From positions 32,001-96,000 of the IMG/VR virus record IMGVR_UViG_3300032093_000012: a DNA stretch of 64,000 nt, one strand, 5' to 3'. The notes beneath the pieces were generated by a model, which was given only the letters and a program-made list of their open reading frames with translations, did not search any database and had not been told where the DNA came from. A program made the position numbers and the translations under genes. Below are positions 17,581 to 27,482 of this stretch, piece by piece; position 1 is the first letter of the stretch, and each line of letters starts with the position of its first letter. The stretch is from a virus.

Positions 17581-18645
17581 CTATTTTAATAACTCTTCTT
17601 TATAAAAGCTTTCTAATTTAATACCATCTTGTGTAAACTTTACAAGATTCTTTAAACTCTTTTCATTGATTTGCTTCTTAATGATAGCGTATGCTTTAGT
17701 CATATCATCACCAATAAACCATTCGTAATCACCACTATCATCATCTAAAGCTTTCTTTGCAGCAGGATCAGCTAGCATCTTTTTAATTGATGCTCTAATA
17801 TGTTCTGCATTTGGATTTGACTTACCAACCCATAGGCTCTTCTGTAGAACATCTCTAAAGTTCTTTACAAGAACATAAGCATCATAGAATTCACCTGATG
17901 GTGCTACTCCCCACTTTTCTTTATAGAGATCTTCGAAGTGATTGGTATTGTAGTTTTTGTCTTTTACGATCTTACCGGTCTTAAGATCAAGAACACCATG
18001 AGAGAACCAAAGCTTGTAATCACCTTTCTCGATCATTGGATTAATAAACTTAAGATGAGATGAATACGTCTCACGCACTGTATTAAGTTCACCACGAAGA
18101 GCAGCAAGTCTTGCCTCTGCTGGTTTCATTCCCTTAACAAAAATCATCTTATCATTATAACACTTGATGTATGCATCCATGTTTGGTTGTGGCCCACAGA
18201 TCATCATAACAATTGCCATAACATCTGGTCTTCTACCTGATGTAGAACCAAACTTTACTTTTTCTTTATAAGGATCAAACTTAGTGCTATGACTTACTAC
18301 AATATTTAAGTTAACAAGACCAATTGGTTCATAGTGCTTATAATCATAGTCGACTTTATCTGTCAAGAAACTCTCAGCATTTCCACCGTGTGCAACCATG
18401 ATTGCATATGGATCTTTCTGCAACTCATTATGAAATCTATTGAATCCAGGAATATCATTAGCACCCGGAATATGTTCTACAATAACTTTAGTACCAATAA
18501 ACTTTTCAAGATGTTGAGCAATGATGTTTGCCCAAACTGATGTGCCACCGCCCGGTTCTTGTGGAACGATTAGTCTATATGATTGTTGTGCATAAACTGT
18601 TGTTGAAAACAATAGTGCCATGAAAAACGCTAATAATCTATGCAT
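17581..18645 (-). CDS. tctC: Tripartite tricarboxylate transporter substrate-binding protein, TctC-like
   Basis: Signal peptide, LIVP..PGGGT..WA, V.VE.IPGA, A.LA.LRGE; linked to tctA. Confidence 0.75.
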   Translation of the reverse strand: MHRLLAFFMALLFSTTVYAQQSYRLIVPQEPGGGTSVWANIIAQHLEKFIGTKVIVEHIPGANDIPGFNRFHNELQKDPYAIMVAHGGNAESFLTDKVDYDYKHYEPIGLVNLNIVVSHSTKFDPYKEKVKFGSTSGRRPDVMAIVMMICGPQPNMDAYIKCYNDKMIFVKGMKPAEARLAALRGELNTVRETYSSHLKFINPMIEKGDYKLWFSHGVLDLKTGKIVKDKNYNTNHFEDLYKEKWGVAPSGEFYDAYVLVKNFRDVLQKSLWVGKSNPNAEHIRASIKKMLADPAAKKALDDDSGDYEWFIGDDMTKAYAIIKKQINEKSLKNLVKFTQDGIKLESFYKEELLK

Positions 18646-18648
18646 AGT

Positions 18649-19518
18649 TCACTCCGTGTATGTTATAACATGAATTTTAGTTATACCAAATAATTCTTTT
18701 TTAAGTTGTTCAATATCATTAGTAATAACTTTACCAACAACACCTTTACCTATTGTTGTTTCTAGATTATTTATATCTATATCAATAGATTTAAGATAAT
18801 CTTTTTTTTCTCTTAACCACATGAATAAATTTTTTGCAGTATTTTTACCTATAAAATCATCTAAAACTATATTAAAATCTGAACTTATCTTATGTTGTGG
18901 TAAAATATTTTCATCACCAACATAATCGTCTTGATCTTTAAATACATCAAAAAGATCTTTACCTTTATGACAATATTTTAAATATACATCACCTGCTTTT
19001 ACTCTAGGATAAAAAGCTTTCTTTTCTTCTAAAGTCATTTCTCTAGTAGGTCTATTTTTATAGCTTACAGTAATTTTTGCTGTGTGTCTTTTAGCAATGA
19101 ATCCTTCGTATCTATGAATCAATACATTGAACAACGTTACAGCATCTTTTACTTCTCTTGGAGAATTAATATACCACTCTGGTGGACTTTCATCTTTACC
19201 TCTTAATTGCTCAAAAAATGTATGAAGATAATTCATAGCTTCTTGATCAGGATTTAAATCCAATTTATAATTAATAATATTATCATATGAATTAACTACG
19301 TCAATGCACTCATTCATTTTTATTATAGTATTTTCTGGTGACCACTCGTCATTGAGATGATATATCCTATCTGTCTCAACTAACCAACAATTTTTACTTA
19401 AGATTGCTTCTTTAAGTAAAGCTGCCCATGATTGACCAAGAATATTATTTGCAGGTTCTATGTCAATTTTATGCATAGAACCTGTTTTTTCATTTAAAAG
19501 ATAAAGGTGAAATAACAT
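18649..19518 (-). CDS. Hypothetical protein (AT-rich)
   Basis: 289-aa ORF, NYLH..FE and N..IH.YE motifs. Confidence 0.7.
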   Translation of the reverse strand: MLFHLYLLNEKTGSMHKIDIEPANNILGQSWAALLKEAILSKNCWLVETDRIYHLNDEWSPENTIIKMNECIDVVNSYDNIINYKLDLNPDQEAMNYLHTFFEQLRGKDESPPEWYINSPREVKDAVTLFNVLIHRYEGFIAKRHTAKITVSYKNRPTREMTLEEKKAFYPRVKAGDVYLKYCHKGKDLFDVFKDQDDYVGDENILPQHKISSDFNIVLDDFIGKNTAKNLFMWLREKKDYLKSIDIDINNLETTIGKGVVGKVITNDIEQLKKELFGITKIHVITYTE

Positions 19519-20245
19519 GATAAAATGGACCCAAGTCTCTAGCTTTATTTAATAGTTCATTAGTTTTTGTAGTTGTGTAACCGGTAATTTGCAACATCGG
19601 TCTATCATCCCAACCCATGTTTGCTGTACAATGTGGAATATCTTTCCATTCCCATGTGATGCAATCACCTGCTAACCACTGCCAATACATGGCATTACCA
19701 AGTTGAAATATTTGTCCTGGCTTCCAGTCATCTAGCATGATAGCAAACCTACGCATGATATCTGGGTTCTCATCCATCTCGGTATTTTTAAAACTATTAT
19801 CTCTTTCAGGTCTAGCAGCAAAGTTATCGATATGTAGATGAAGCATCTGACCAGTCTTTTGGTTATGAAACTTGATAGCAGGATTTTCTATACCAAGATA
19901 TTCAGCAATGTATTTAAATACTGGTTCATCATCTGCTGCAGCTCTTAAAAATATTTCTTGATTTGGATCAGCACCTGCTCTGATCAAATCTTGTTGTTCT
20001 GCAGAAGCAGAATATAATCCTTCTTGTGCAATCTTTGGATTAAAATTGTTTCGAGTTGCCCATGTGCTTGCCTGTGCAACTGGAATATATTTTTCAATAA
20101 CATTTTTAAAATAAAAATGAAAGTTACCAACAAATGTATAGCTATCTTTACCGTGCTCAGGATCTCTCATATTATCAAAGTGCCATTTACTTTGACTCTT
20201 CATATATTCCCAACGACTTCCATTCCAATCTTGATAATTTGTCAT
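19490..20245 (-). CDS. 2OG-Fe(II) dioxygenase-like (DSBH/cupin) protein
   Basis: HxD (LHIDN), distal H (PHCTAN) and R (RPMLQITG). Confidence 0.6.
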   Translation of the reverse strand: MTNYQDWNGSRWEYMKSQSKWHFDNMRDPEHGKDSYTFVGNFHFYFKNVIEKYIPVAQASTWATRNNFNPKIAQEGLYSASAEQQDLIRAGADPNQEIFLRAAADDEPVFKYIAEYLGIENPAIKFHNQKTGQMLHLHIDNFAARPERDNSFKNTEMDENPDIMRRFAIMLDDWKPGQIFQLGNAMYWQWLAGDCITWEWKDIPHCTANMGWDDRPMLQITGYTTTKTNELLNKARDLGPFYHVISPLSFK

Positions 20246-21693
20246 GTATATGTTATCCTTGTCTTGTTAAAGAATATTCCATAGATTGCTAGCATAATAG
20301 ATACTATTATTAAAGTCAATGATATTGGTCTTGTAAAGACTGTGTACCAATCAAATAAAGTTGTATATTGATAGTACATTTTTTCTATCTGATCTGATAA
20401 AACAAACCCAATAATAAATGCAGCTCTACTTATACTAAAGTGTTTTAATAAGAAACCTAAAACTATGAAGACTGCTAAGATAAAATAGTCTTCCCAATAA
20501 CCAGTATACTGCACACAGCTCCACACCAATAGCGCAGATAAAACATAGAACCATATAGAGAATGGTATCTTAAATATATAAGTGATATATTTAATCATGA
20601 CCATAGATACAGCAAATGTTAAAACTAATGAAGCCATATAACTATAGTTCAGAGCTTTAAAGAAAGTCATATCTTTTAATAAGTTTGGTGTTCCTAGTTC
20701 AATACCAACTAAGATAAACAAACTTAAGATGATAGCTTCAAATGGTGCTGCTGGTATACCAAACAAAACTGTTGGTATATATCCAGTTGCTTTCTGAGAG
20801 TTATTAGCACCCTCACAACCAATAACACCCTTGATATTACCTTCACCAAACGGTATCTTTTCATTTTTATTTATTGCTACAGTCTGGCTATACGCTACCC
20901 AGTCTGCGACTGCACCACCAACACCAGGCAATACACCAATAAATGCACCGATAGCACCTCCACGAATGCTATCTTTCCAATGTATGAAAGTATCTTTTAT
21001 TCCTTGTATAGTTTGATTCTTTGCATCAACTATCTTTGTAGTCGTAGCATTATATCCTGTTCTATATGCTTCAATTAGTTCAGGAAATGCTAAGACTCCT
21101 GCGAGAACCGGCATGATTTGAATACCAGCTTTTATGTATTCCCAATCTAATGTCCATCTAGCTGCATTAGTAGTTGGATGTTGACCAACCATTCCAAGAA
21201 ATATACCAAGACATAGACCAAATATTCCTCTCACCCACTTATCACTTGTTATAAATGTAACGCAAGTGAAAGCTAATATCAGAAAACATAATAGTTCAGG
21301 AATACCAAAAGCTAATACTGCTTTAGAATAGAACGGCAAAAAAACAAGAGCGATGATTCCGAATATAAAACCATTCAAAGTTGATGTAGTAATAGCAGCA
21401 CTTAATGCACGAGCCGCTTGACCCTTTTTAGCCAAAGGAAAGCCATCAACGATGGTTGCTGCAGATCCGGATGCTCCGGGTATATTGAGAACAATACTTG
21501 CAAAGCTATCACCTATGGTGCTTGCTACAACTATAGCTGTCGTGAAAACTACTAGTGTGTATGGATCTGCTCTAAAGAAATCTAAAAAGCCGTAAATGGT
21601 AATTAGCGCAGTGCTAGCACCGGCGACTGGTATCAAACCAATTAAAAATCCATATGCTGTACCAAACAGCAACCATAATATATAATCAAACAT
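20242..21693 (-). CDS. tctA: Tripartite tricarboxylate transporter permease TctA
   Basis: G.IP..G, LNIPG..GSAAT..DGFPLAKKG.A, G.LPG.GG, E.ANN, LFGIP; many TM helices. Confidence 0.92.
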   Translation of the reverse strand: MFDYILWLLFGTAYGFLIGLIPVAGASTALITIYGFLDFFRADPYTLVVFTTAIVVASTIGDSFASIVLNIPGASGSAATIVDGFPLAKKGQAARALSAAITTSTLNGFIFGIIALVFLPFYSKAVLAFGIPELLCFLILAFTCVTFITSDKWVRGIFGLCLGIFLGMVGQHPTTNAARWTLDWEYIKAGIQIMPVLAGVLAFPELIEAYRTGYNATTTKIVDAKNQTIQGIKDTFIHWKDSIRGGAIGAFIGVLPGVGGAVADWVAYSQTVAINKNEKIPFGEGNIKGVIGCEGANNSQKATGYIPTVLFGIPAAPFEAIILSLFILVGIELGTPNLLKDMTFFKALNYSYMASLVLTFAVSMVMIKYITYIFKIPFSIWFYVLSALLVWSCVQYTGYWEDYFILAVFIVLGFLLKHFSISRAAFIIGFVLSDQIEKMYYQYTTLFDWYTVFTRPISLTLIIVSIMLAIYGIFFNKTRITYT

Positions 21694-22410
21694 TTATAAT
21701 GACAGTTCTTTATCCTTCAAGCTCTTTTCATATTTATCCATCTTGTCAAGGTAACCCCTGTTACGAAGTTCTTTGAATACAAGATTCTCTTGACTGAACT
21801 CACCACCCTTAGCAATGGCTGCTCCTCTCATGTCTCTTATCTTTGCCTTAAGAGATTGAAATGCCTCTGCGTCCATCTTACTCTTAATCATATGATCTAT
21901 AAGATGCATATAGTCTGAAACTTTTTTCTTAAGATTCTTATCTGTATTAAAGTTGTAAGAACCTTTTGTAGGTTGAACTACCCACTTGTTATTCTTCAAA
22001 GAAAAAACACCCTGTCCTTTCGGATAGGATGTTACAGGATCTTGTGCGTATGGTTCGAGCGAGTAGCCATAGACTTTAACGTCATGTGTTAGTGTCCATA
22101 AAACTTTCTTACTCTGCAGGTAGTCATCAACTAGTTTTCTTTCACCAAGCTTATTTCTATCTATGATTAGATGAACATCAATATCAGACTTTTCGGTGTA
22201 ATTATAATTTACATTACCACCAACCATGATGATATCTTGGATAAGATTCTTTGGGATACTAGCATAGTCTGCCCACGTATCAGCAAACTTCAACAGTTTT
22301 GCTCTTACTTCTGGCTTAAGCTTATTGCCGTTCCACAGTTTAGGATTAAGCTCATCATGATACTGAAGGCTTATCTTTAATTCTTCTAGATATGAATAAA
22401 ATGGTTTCAT
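21694..22410 (-). CDS. Pol-beta-superfamily nucleotidyltransferase
   Basis: GGN.NYNY...SDIDVH, GEFS.ENLVFKELR. Confidence 0.75.
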   Translation of the reverse strand: MKPFYSYLEELKISLQYHDELNPKLWNGNKLKPEVRAKLLKFADTWADYASIPKNLIQDIIMVGGNVNYNYTEKSDIDVHLIIDRNKLGERKLVDDYLQSKKVLWTLTHDVKVYGYSLEPYAQDPVTSYPKGQGVFSLKNNKWVVQPTKGSYNFNTDKNLKKKVSDYMHLIDHMIKSKMDAEAFQSLKAKIRDMRGAAIAKGGEFSQENLVFKELRNRGYLDKMDKYEKSLKDKELSL

Positions 22411-22422
22411 AGCACCCTCGTT

Positions 22423-22647
22423 TTAAGTATTTATAATGAGGCCTGCTATATAAAGTGCTGACACGACAAGTTGGATTATGATTAGAGACCATTTTTTCCA
22501 CATGTAACCAACTATAAGCCAGCCTAAGTTACCAGCTAAACTAAAATAAATATTAAGAGGATATATGTTCCAAGCAGTCAGCGCCACACCAATCATTAAA
22601 ATTGCTGTAGCAGTCCACTCCATCCACCATTCAAAAGACTTCACCAA
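22423..22647 (-). CDS. Small membrane protein
   Basis: Three hydrophobic segments. Confidence 0.65.
   Translation of the reverse strand: MVKSFEWWMEWTATAILMIGVALTAWNIYPLNIYFSLAGNLGWLIVGYMWKKWSLIIIQLVVSALYIAGLIINT
22428..22435 (-). promoter_or_regulatory. T4-type late promoter heading the NTase-tct-rSAM run
   Basis: Exact TATAAATA about 20 nt before the 22410 start. Confidence 0.7.
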
Positions 22648-22790
22648 TGTCTAATCACTCCCGCTACAATAAAAATATTAGTTATGATATAGCATAGTAC
22701 TATGGCAGTCCTAATGATAGCAATTAAGTCTGCTTCTTTATCATCATTACTTGCTTTTTCTCCTAGCGATTTTGCCCAGAGTCTCCACAT
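22641..22790 (-). CDS. Small membrane protein (49 aa)
   Basis: MWRLWAKSLGEKAS..D.EAD.IA.IRT...NIFIVAGVIRHW*; coupled to clpP stop. Confidence 0.65.
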   Translation of the reverse strand: MWRLWAKSLGEKASNDDKEADLIAIIRTAIVLCYIITNIFIVAGVIRHW

Positions 22791-23353
22791 CAATAGAACT
22801 CTACTATCTCATCTGCTATGCCATACTTTACAGCTTCTTTTGCTGTAAGCCAAACATCTTCTGCCGGGAGAAGGTATTTCTTGATTGATTTTTCATCTAA
22901 ACCAGTACAGCGTTTATAGTGTTCAACAATTCTAGCATGTGTATTATTAAATTCTTTGACACGAGCCATCAACTCGTGTTCTTTACCATAACTACCCCAT
23001 GAATACTGGTGTGAAAGAATGGCAGTATTTCTTGTAACATATCTATGACCCTTTTCGCCAGCAATGAATGTCATAAGACCACAACTAGCAATCTCACCAA
23101 GACCATACGTAAATACTGGAATCTTAGATCCCTTGATAGTGTCGATAAGTGCAAATGCTGAACCAACTTCGCCACCCGGTGAATTGATTATCATCTTAAT
23201 ATGTTTAGGACGATCTTTCCTCATCAAGTTTCTTGCTATGATGAATTCCATTGCATCACCGCATGAACTAGGATCAAAATCTTTATTGAACAATAGATAG
23301 TGATGATCTTCTATACTTGGAATACTTGTAATCTTATCTTCTTTATCACTCAT
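22790..23353 (-). CDS. clpP: ClpP-like protease subunit
   Basis: INSPGG, IASCG (catalytic Ser), SHQ (His), D.WL.A.EA..YG..D. Confidence 0.9.
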   Translation of the reverse strand: MSDKEDKITSIPSIEDHHYLLFNKDFDPSSCGDAMEFIIARNLMRKDRPKHIKMIINSPGGEVGSAFALIDTIKGSKIPVFTYGLGEIASCGLMTFIAGEKGHRYVTRNTAILSHQYSWGSYGKEHELMARVKEFNNTHARIVEHYKRCTGLDEKSIKKYLLPAEDVWLTAKEAVKYGIADEIVEFY

Positions 23354-23507
23354 CGCGACTTACACTCTTTGTTTGATGAACTAACCAAGCAATAGCAACA
23401 ACTTTTTCAGAGTCAGTCATTGTCTCTGATTTAATAACTCTATCTATATGTTCTAAGATTTGTCTAAGCCAATTTATTTCAACTGTTAGAAGATCCACAT
23501 GTGGCAT
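23346..23507 (-). CDS. Small hypothetical protein (53 aa)
   Basis: GGAG SD; MPHVDLLTVEINWLRQ...SRDE*. Confidence 0.5.
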   Translation of the reverse strand: MPHVDLLTVEINWLRQILEHIDRVIKSETMTDSEKVVAIAWLVHQTKSVSRDE

Positions 23508-23621
23508 TATATAACTCCAGTTGTTTTCGACACAGACAAAGATCTTTAGATAAAAAAACTATTTGATCTTTCTCTGTGTCTAATATTATATTATAGCTAT
23601 ATCGCTGTATAAGTACGTATC

Positions 23622-24437
23622 TCACGCTACTACTGGTTTACGATATCCTAATATTTTATTCACAGGAAAATAACCAACTTGCACTGATTTTGCTGTGTTA
23701 CCACCATAAACTTTTATGTATTTAACACCTTCAAACCATTCGTAGCCTTCAAAGAAACCTACATGGCCTGCCATTTGATTACTTCCTCTTTTAGTGACAA
23801 CTATATCACCAATCTCTGGTTCTTTTGTTACCACACCGTAGTGTAAGAAGCTACGGGCCATTAAGCTTCCAGATGTTTCATAACCAGAACGTGCTAATAT
23901 AGCATTCACAAATCCTGCACACCAAGGAATTCTAACAGGATCTACAGGCTGATTATTGTTACCTGCAGCCATCAAGTTTTTAAGTTCGCCACGATTCTTT
24001 TTGGCGTTCTTGCCTTCCCACTTCTTCGCTTCAGCATAGACTGGTTTTGCAACATGTTCTTCTTTGCAAATAAACCAAAAACAATCTTTACGAACTTCGA
24101 GTGCTGTTTTCTTTGGAAGACTCTCGTTCTTTTTAATACCAAGAGAAGAAGCAACTTGTTGTTGCTGTCTTTGCTGTTCTGCTCTTGCACGCTCTCTAGC
24201 CCAGTACTGAGAAGAAGTCTCTTCACTAGTTTCAAACACGAGATCATTGATAACAGTTTGTGGTCTTGGTGCTTGTGCTTGTTGCACTTTCTTTACAGGT
24301 TTTTTCTTAACCTGTTTCTTCTTTTTCTTTACCTGCTGCGAGACCTGAGTATTTTCATTGTTTGGCCTAGCTTCTGCAAGATTTGCTAACGCAAATGGTG
24401 CCAGCATCAGTGACACAATTAAAATAATCTTTTTCAT
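23622..24437 (-). CDS. Secreted NlpC/P60-CHAP-like peptidoglycan hydrolase (TIGR02594-like)
   Basis: Signal peptide, PWCAGFVN, ARSF..YG, GDIVV, GHVGF, GGN. Confidence 0.85.
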   Translation of the reverse strand: MKKIILIVSLMLAPFALANLAEARPNNENTQVSQQVKKKKKQVKKKPVKKVQQAQAPRPQTVINDLVFETSEETSSQYWARERARAEQQRQQQQVASSLGIKKNESLPKKTALEVRKDCFWFICKEEHVAKPVYAEAKKWEGKNAKKNRGELKNLMAAGNNNQPVDPVRIPWCAGFVNAILARSGYETSGSLMARSFLHYGVVTKEPEIGDIVVTKRGSNQMAGHVGFFEGYEWFEGVKYIKVYGGNTAKSVQVGYFPVNKILGYRKPVVA

Positions 24438-24452
24438 GCATTTTCCTTTTTG

Positions 24453-24833
24453 TTATTGGTTTGGCATGATCTCCATAACTAACTTGGAAGTTCCCTTCAT
24501 ATCTATAGCCTTTGCAGCCCCCATAGCTAGATCTAAATCTCTTCCTTTTGTAAAGGGGCCACGATCATTAATCCTAACCAAAATGCTCTTACCATTACTA
24601 GGGTTTGTTACCCTTACCATAGTATTAAATGGTAACTTTTTATGAGCCGCAGTCATACCATGAGGATCAAACTTTTCCCCATTAGCAGTCTTACGACCCG
24701 CTTTATACCACGTAGCATTCACGAGGTACTTTTTATTTATAACATCAGTTTTTTCTAAAAGAGCGGCACTACTAGATGTAGTACCGCATCCACAAAGAAG
24801 ACTAAATGTAGTAATTAATATTATTTTTTTCAT
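24453..24833 (-). CDS. rlpA: RlpA-like lytic transglycosylase (probable lipoprotein)
   Basis: ATWY, TANGE.FD...[26 protein letters not shown]...AA. Confidence 0.92.
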   Translation of the reverse strand: MKKIILITTFSLLCGCGTTSSSAALLEKTDVINKKYLVNATWYKAGRKTANGEKFDPHGMTAAHKKLPFNTMVRVTNPSNGKSILVRINDRGPFTKGRDLDLAMGAAKAIDMKGTSKLVMEIMPNQ

Positions 24834-26092
24834 TCTTTATAATCTTCTGGATTAAAACTTTCTAACCAAGGAAATGTTTGTTTCCAATTAGTATTTCTTT
24901 TAATATCATTGCTATCTAAATAGTCTTTAAGTTTATAAATTAAATCTGGTCTATATGGTTTAGAATTAGCTAAATTTTTAAAACCAGTTAGTTGTTCTTT
25001 TGAGTTATAAGAATCTTGTACTTCATTAATAAGTGAGTCAAAATCATCATCAAAAAAACCAGTTGGAAAATTACCAATGTATAGATGTTCATGACCTCCA
25101 GCCAAAGCAAAATCATGAAAATTAGAACTTAATTTTGATAGATTAGATTCATTGAATAGTCTAGTAAGATGCATTGTTGTTTTTATATTTAAATTGCATA
25201 AAGTCGAGTGCAATAAAACAGAAAAATCTTTAATAAACTCTGTATCAAGCATATCAAAGTTTTGTTTCCAAAGTTTATTATTTAATCCACTTCTAACATA
25301 TTCACCAGCTGGACTCCACGCATCAATACTAAGTATTAATCTTAAACTTTTTATATGTTTGTTATCTATAAGATCTTTGAATGCCTGTAATATAGTTCTA
25401 ACACGTTGAGTATCTACATTAAAATTTGTGAATATTTGAATATCCAATTCAGGACATGGATTATTTTTAAAGAAATTTATATTTTCCCATATTTCATCTT
25501 GATAAAAAGGTTCACCACCTAAGATTCTATATCTTTTTAGGTTAATACAATTATCCTGCATCCATAGCCAAAAATTATTTTTAGCTTGTTGATAATTCTT
25601 TTTTTGTTTATTGATAAATTCTAATTCATTGTTTTGTGGATTAAATCTTTTATATTCTGATTCTATCTTAGAACTATATCTTGGATAACAATATAAACAA
25701 GCTTGATTACATAGATTTGAAAAATAAACTTCTAATGTTGATGGAGTTACATTAATACTAGTATTATCTTGTTTTAATTCTTTAGGTGTTAAATATGAAA
25801 GCTTATCACTATTATTAACATGCTGACGATCACTTAAACCACCAGCATCTTCAAGATCTTTACAGTATTCGCATCCTTTACCTGGCCAAATACCATTGAG
25901 CATTTTTGTTCGTGCTTCTAATACACCTGGAGTATTGTGAAAATTAAAAGTTTTTATATCAAAAGGTTCTTTATCTACTCTATGACAACTGCTTGAATTT
26001 TGTTGCATAAGATATATTGTAGACCATTCCCATTTTTGCAAGCAAGCTGGTTCACTAATATTAAGTTGTTTATTCCATAAATTTTGTTTCAC
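24830..26092 (-). CDS. Radical SAM protein with N-terminal Twitch-like domain
   Basis: [12 protein letters not shown]; N-terminal C, SCH, GCEYC. Confidence 0.88.
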   Translation of the reverse strand: MKQNLWNKQLNISEPACLQKWEWSTIYLMQQNSSSCHRVDKEPFDIKTFNFHNTPGVLEARTKMLNGIWPGKGCEYCKDLEDAGGLSDRQHVNNSDKLSYLTPKELKQDNTSINVTPSTLEVYFSNLCNQACLYCYPRYSSKIESEYKRFNPQNNELEFINKQKKNYQQAKNNFWLWMQDNCINLKRYRILGGEPFYQDEIWENINFFKNNPCPELDIQIFTNFNVDTQRVRTILQAFKDLIDNKHIKSLRLILSIDAWSPAGEYVRSGLNNKLWKQNFDMLDTEFIKDFSVLLHSTLCNLNIKTTMHLTRLFNESNLSKLSSNFHDFALAGGHEHLYIGNFPTGFFDDDFDSLINEVQDSYNSKEQLTGFKNLANSKPYRPDLIYKLKDYLDSNDIKRNTNWKQTFPWLESFNPEDYKE

Positions 26093-26111
26093 TTATTTTC
26101 CTTAAATAGAA

Positions 26112-26186
26112 TGGTGCGCGAGGTAGGACTCGAACCTACACTCAGACCGTTATGAGCGGCCGGCTTCACCTTTAAGCTACTCGCGC
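26112..26186 (-). tRNA. tRNA-CAT, probably Ile2 (lysidine type); Met not excluded
   Basis: Cloverleaf with CCG-CTCATAA-CGG arm, paired G1-C72, CCA. Confidence 0.88.
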
Positions 26187-26193
26187 AATTCCT

Positions 26194-26892
26194 TTATTCT
26201 TTCTTCTCACCCAAGATATTCATGAGAGCCATGAAGATGTTGATGAAGTTAATGTAGAGATTAAAAGCACCGATAGCACCTGCCTTATCTCTTTCACTTT
26301 CATCAAGTTCATCGTATGTATTCTTGAGGTTCTGTGTATCATAAGCAGTAAGACCAACAAATACAATTACAGAGATACAACTAATAATCAATGACATCAT
26401 TGAACTCTGCAGGAATACATTGATTAGACCAGCAATAACAAGACCAATCACGCCCATCATTAGGAAGCTACCAAGGCCGGTCAGATCTCGCTTGGTTGTA
26501 TAACCATACAACGACGTAGCACCAAAAGTAGCAGCAGTAATGAAGAATACCTGAGCAATACTTCCAAGCTTAAAGATCAAGAAGATTGAACTCATGCTAA
26601 GACCCATGACGGCAGCGAATGCTACCAAGAAGACACGAGCAGTATAAGCACTCATGTTCTGGACCATGAAAGCAAAAGCAAGACTCATTAAAAGTGGTGA
26701 GAAGATAGCAATCCACTTAAAGCTTGTACCCCAAATCAACTTAAGAAGATCTGGACTCATGCTAATACCAAGCGATACAAGACCACTGACAGCAAGAGCA
26801 AACGTCATATAGTTATAGACACTAAGCATGAAGTTACGTAGACCCTCATCATAGATGAGTTGACTTCTGACTTCTGAAATAGATGGTTGCAT
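26194..26892 (-). CDS. yccA: Bax inhibitor-1/YccA family membrane protein
   Basis: DEGLR.FM..VYNYM, YGYTTKRDL...GSFL.MG.IG, TAYDTQ, LYINFIN.F. Confidence 0.92.
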   Translation of the reverse strand: MQPSISEVRSQLIYDEGLRNFMLSVYNYMTFALAVSGLVSLGISMSPDLLKLIWGTSFKWIAIFSPLLMSLAFAFMVQNMSAYTARVFLVAFAAVMGLSMSSIFLIFKLGSIAQVFFITAATFGATSLYGYTTKRDLTGLGSFLMMGVIGLVIAGLINVFLQSSMMSLIISCISVIVFVGLTAYDTQNLKNTYDELDESERDKAGAIGAFNLYINFINIFMALMNILGEKKE

Positions 26893-26902
26893 TGTTTTCT
26901 CC

Positions 26903-27379
26903 TTAAGCAGCGATGATTTCTTTTAGACGATCTGCCGCATATGATGCGGCAAAAGCTTCAGGCTTTACTTTAGGTGCAAAGCCACACATACCACGAATAT
27001 AGCCAGTTGCTTGCTGAATAACACAAGAAGATCCGTGCATTTCATCAGGATTAATATCAAGATGAACTTCACAATGACGATCACCGATTGCTTCTAATAG
27101 ATCAATATACATCTGAGATGCACGATATACTTCGTTCATCAGACGAACAGCTGGTCTATCATGACGCTTATCGTAGTCACGTTCTGTATCTACTTTTCCG
27201 AAGACACGACAGCCTCTAGATGAATCCATGTGTACAACAATAGCAACTGTGTAGTCAGCATACCATTTGTCATCCCTACCACGGTAGCGTTCACTATCTG
27301 CTCCAATATAGACGGAGGTGGTAGGCGAAGAATTGTTGATGTATTGAATAACTTCATCGAGATTAAATTCACGTGACAC
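26903..27379 (-). CDS. RNase H-like YkuK/DUF458 family protein
   Basis: YIG.DS, RL..EV, EVH.DIN, KP.A.AAS..AD; GTG start with AGGAG SD. Confidence 0.8.
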   Translation of the reverse strand: MSREFNLDEVIQYINNSSPTTSVYIGADSERYRGRDDKWYADYTVAIVVHMDSSRGCRVFGKVDTERDYDKRHDRPAVRLMNEVYRASQMYIDLLEAIGDRHCEVHLDINPDEMHGSSCVIQQATGYIRGMCGFAPKVKPEAFAASYAADRLKEIIAA

Positions 27380-27396
27380 GATAACTCCTATTTCAA

Positions 27397-27471
27397 TGGA
27401 GCGGGTAGCCGGAATCGAACCGGTCCTAGTCAGCTTGGAAGGCTGATGCACCACCATTATGCCATACCCGC
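27397..27471 (-). tRNA. tRNA-Gly(TCC)
   Basis: GCGGGTA acceptor, loop CT-TCC-AA, TCCA end. Confidence 0.95.
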
Positions 27472-27482
27472 ATTATTAGTAT

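Noticed and set aside
27380-27457. N-terminal extension of the YkuK-like ORF
   Set aside because: Overlaps tRNA-Gly; GTG at 27379 has an AGGAG SD.
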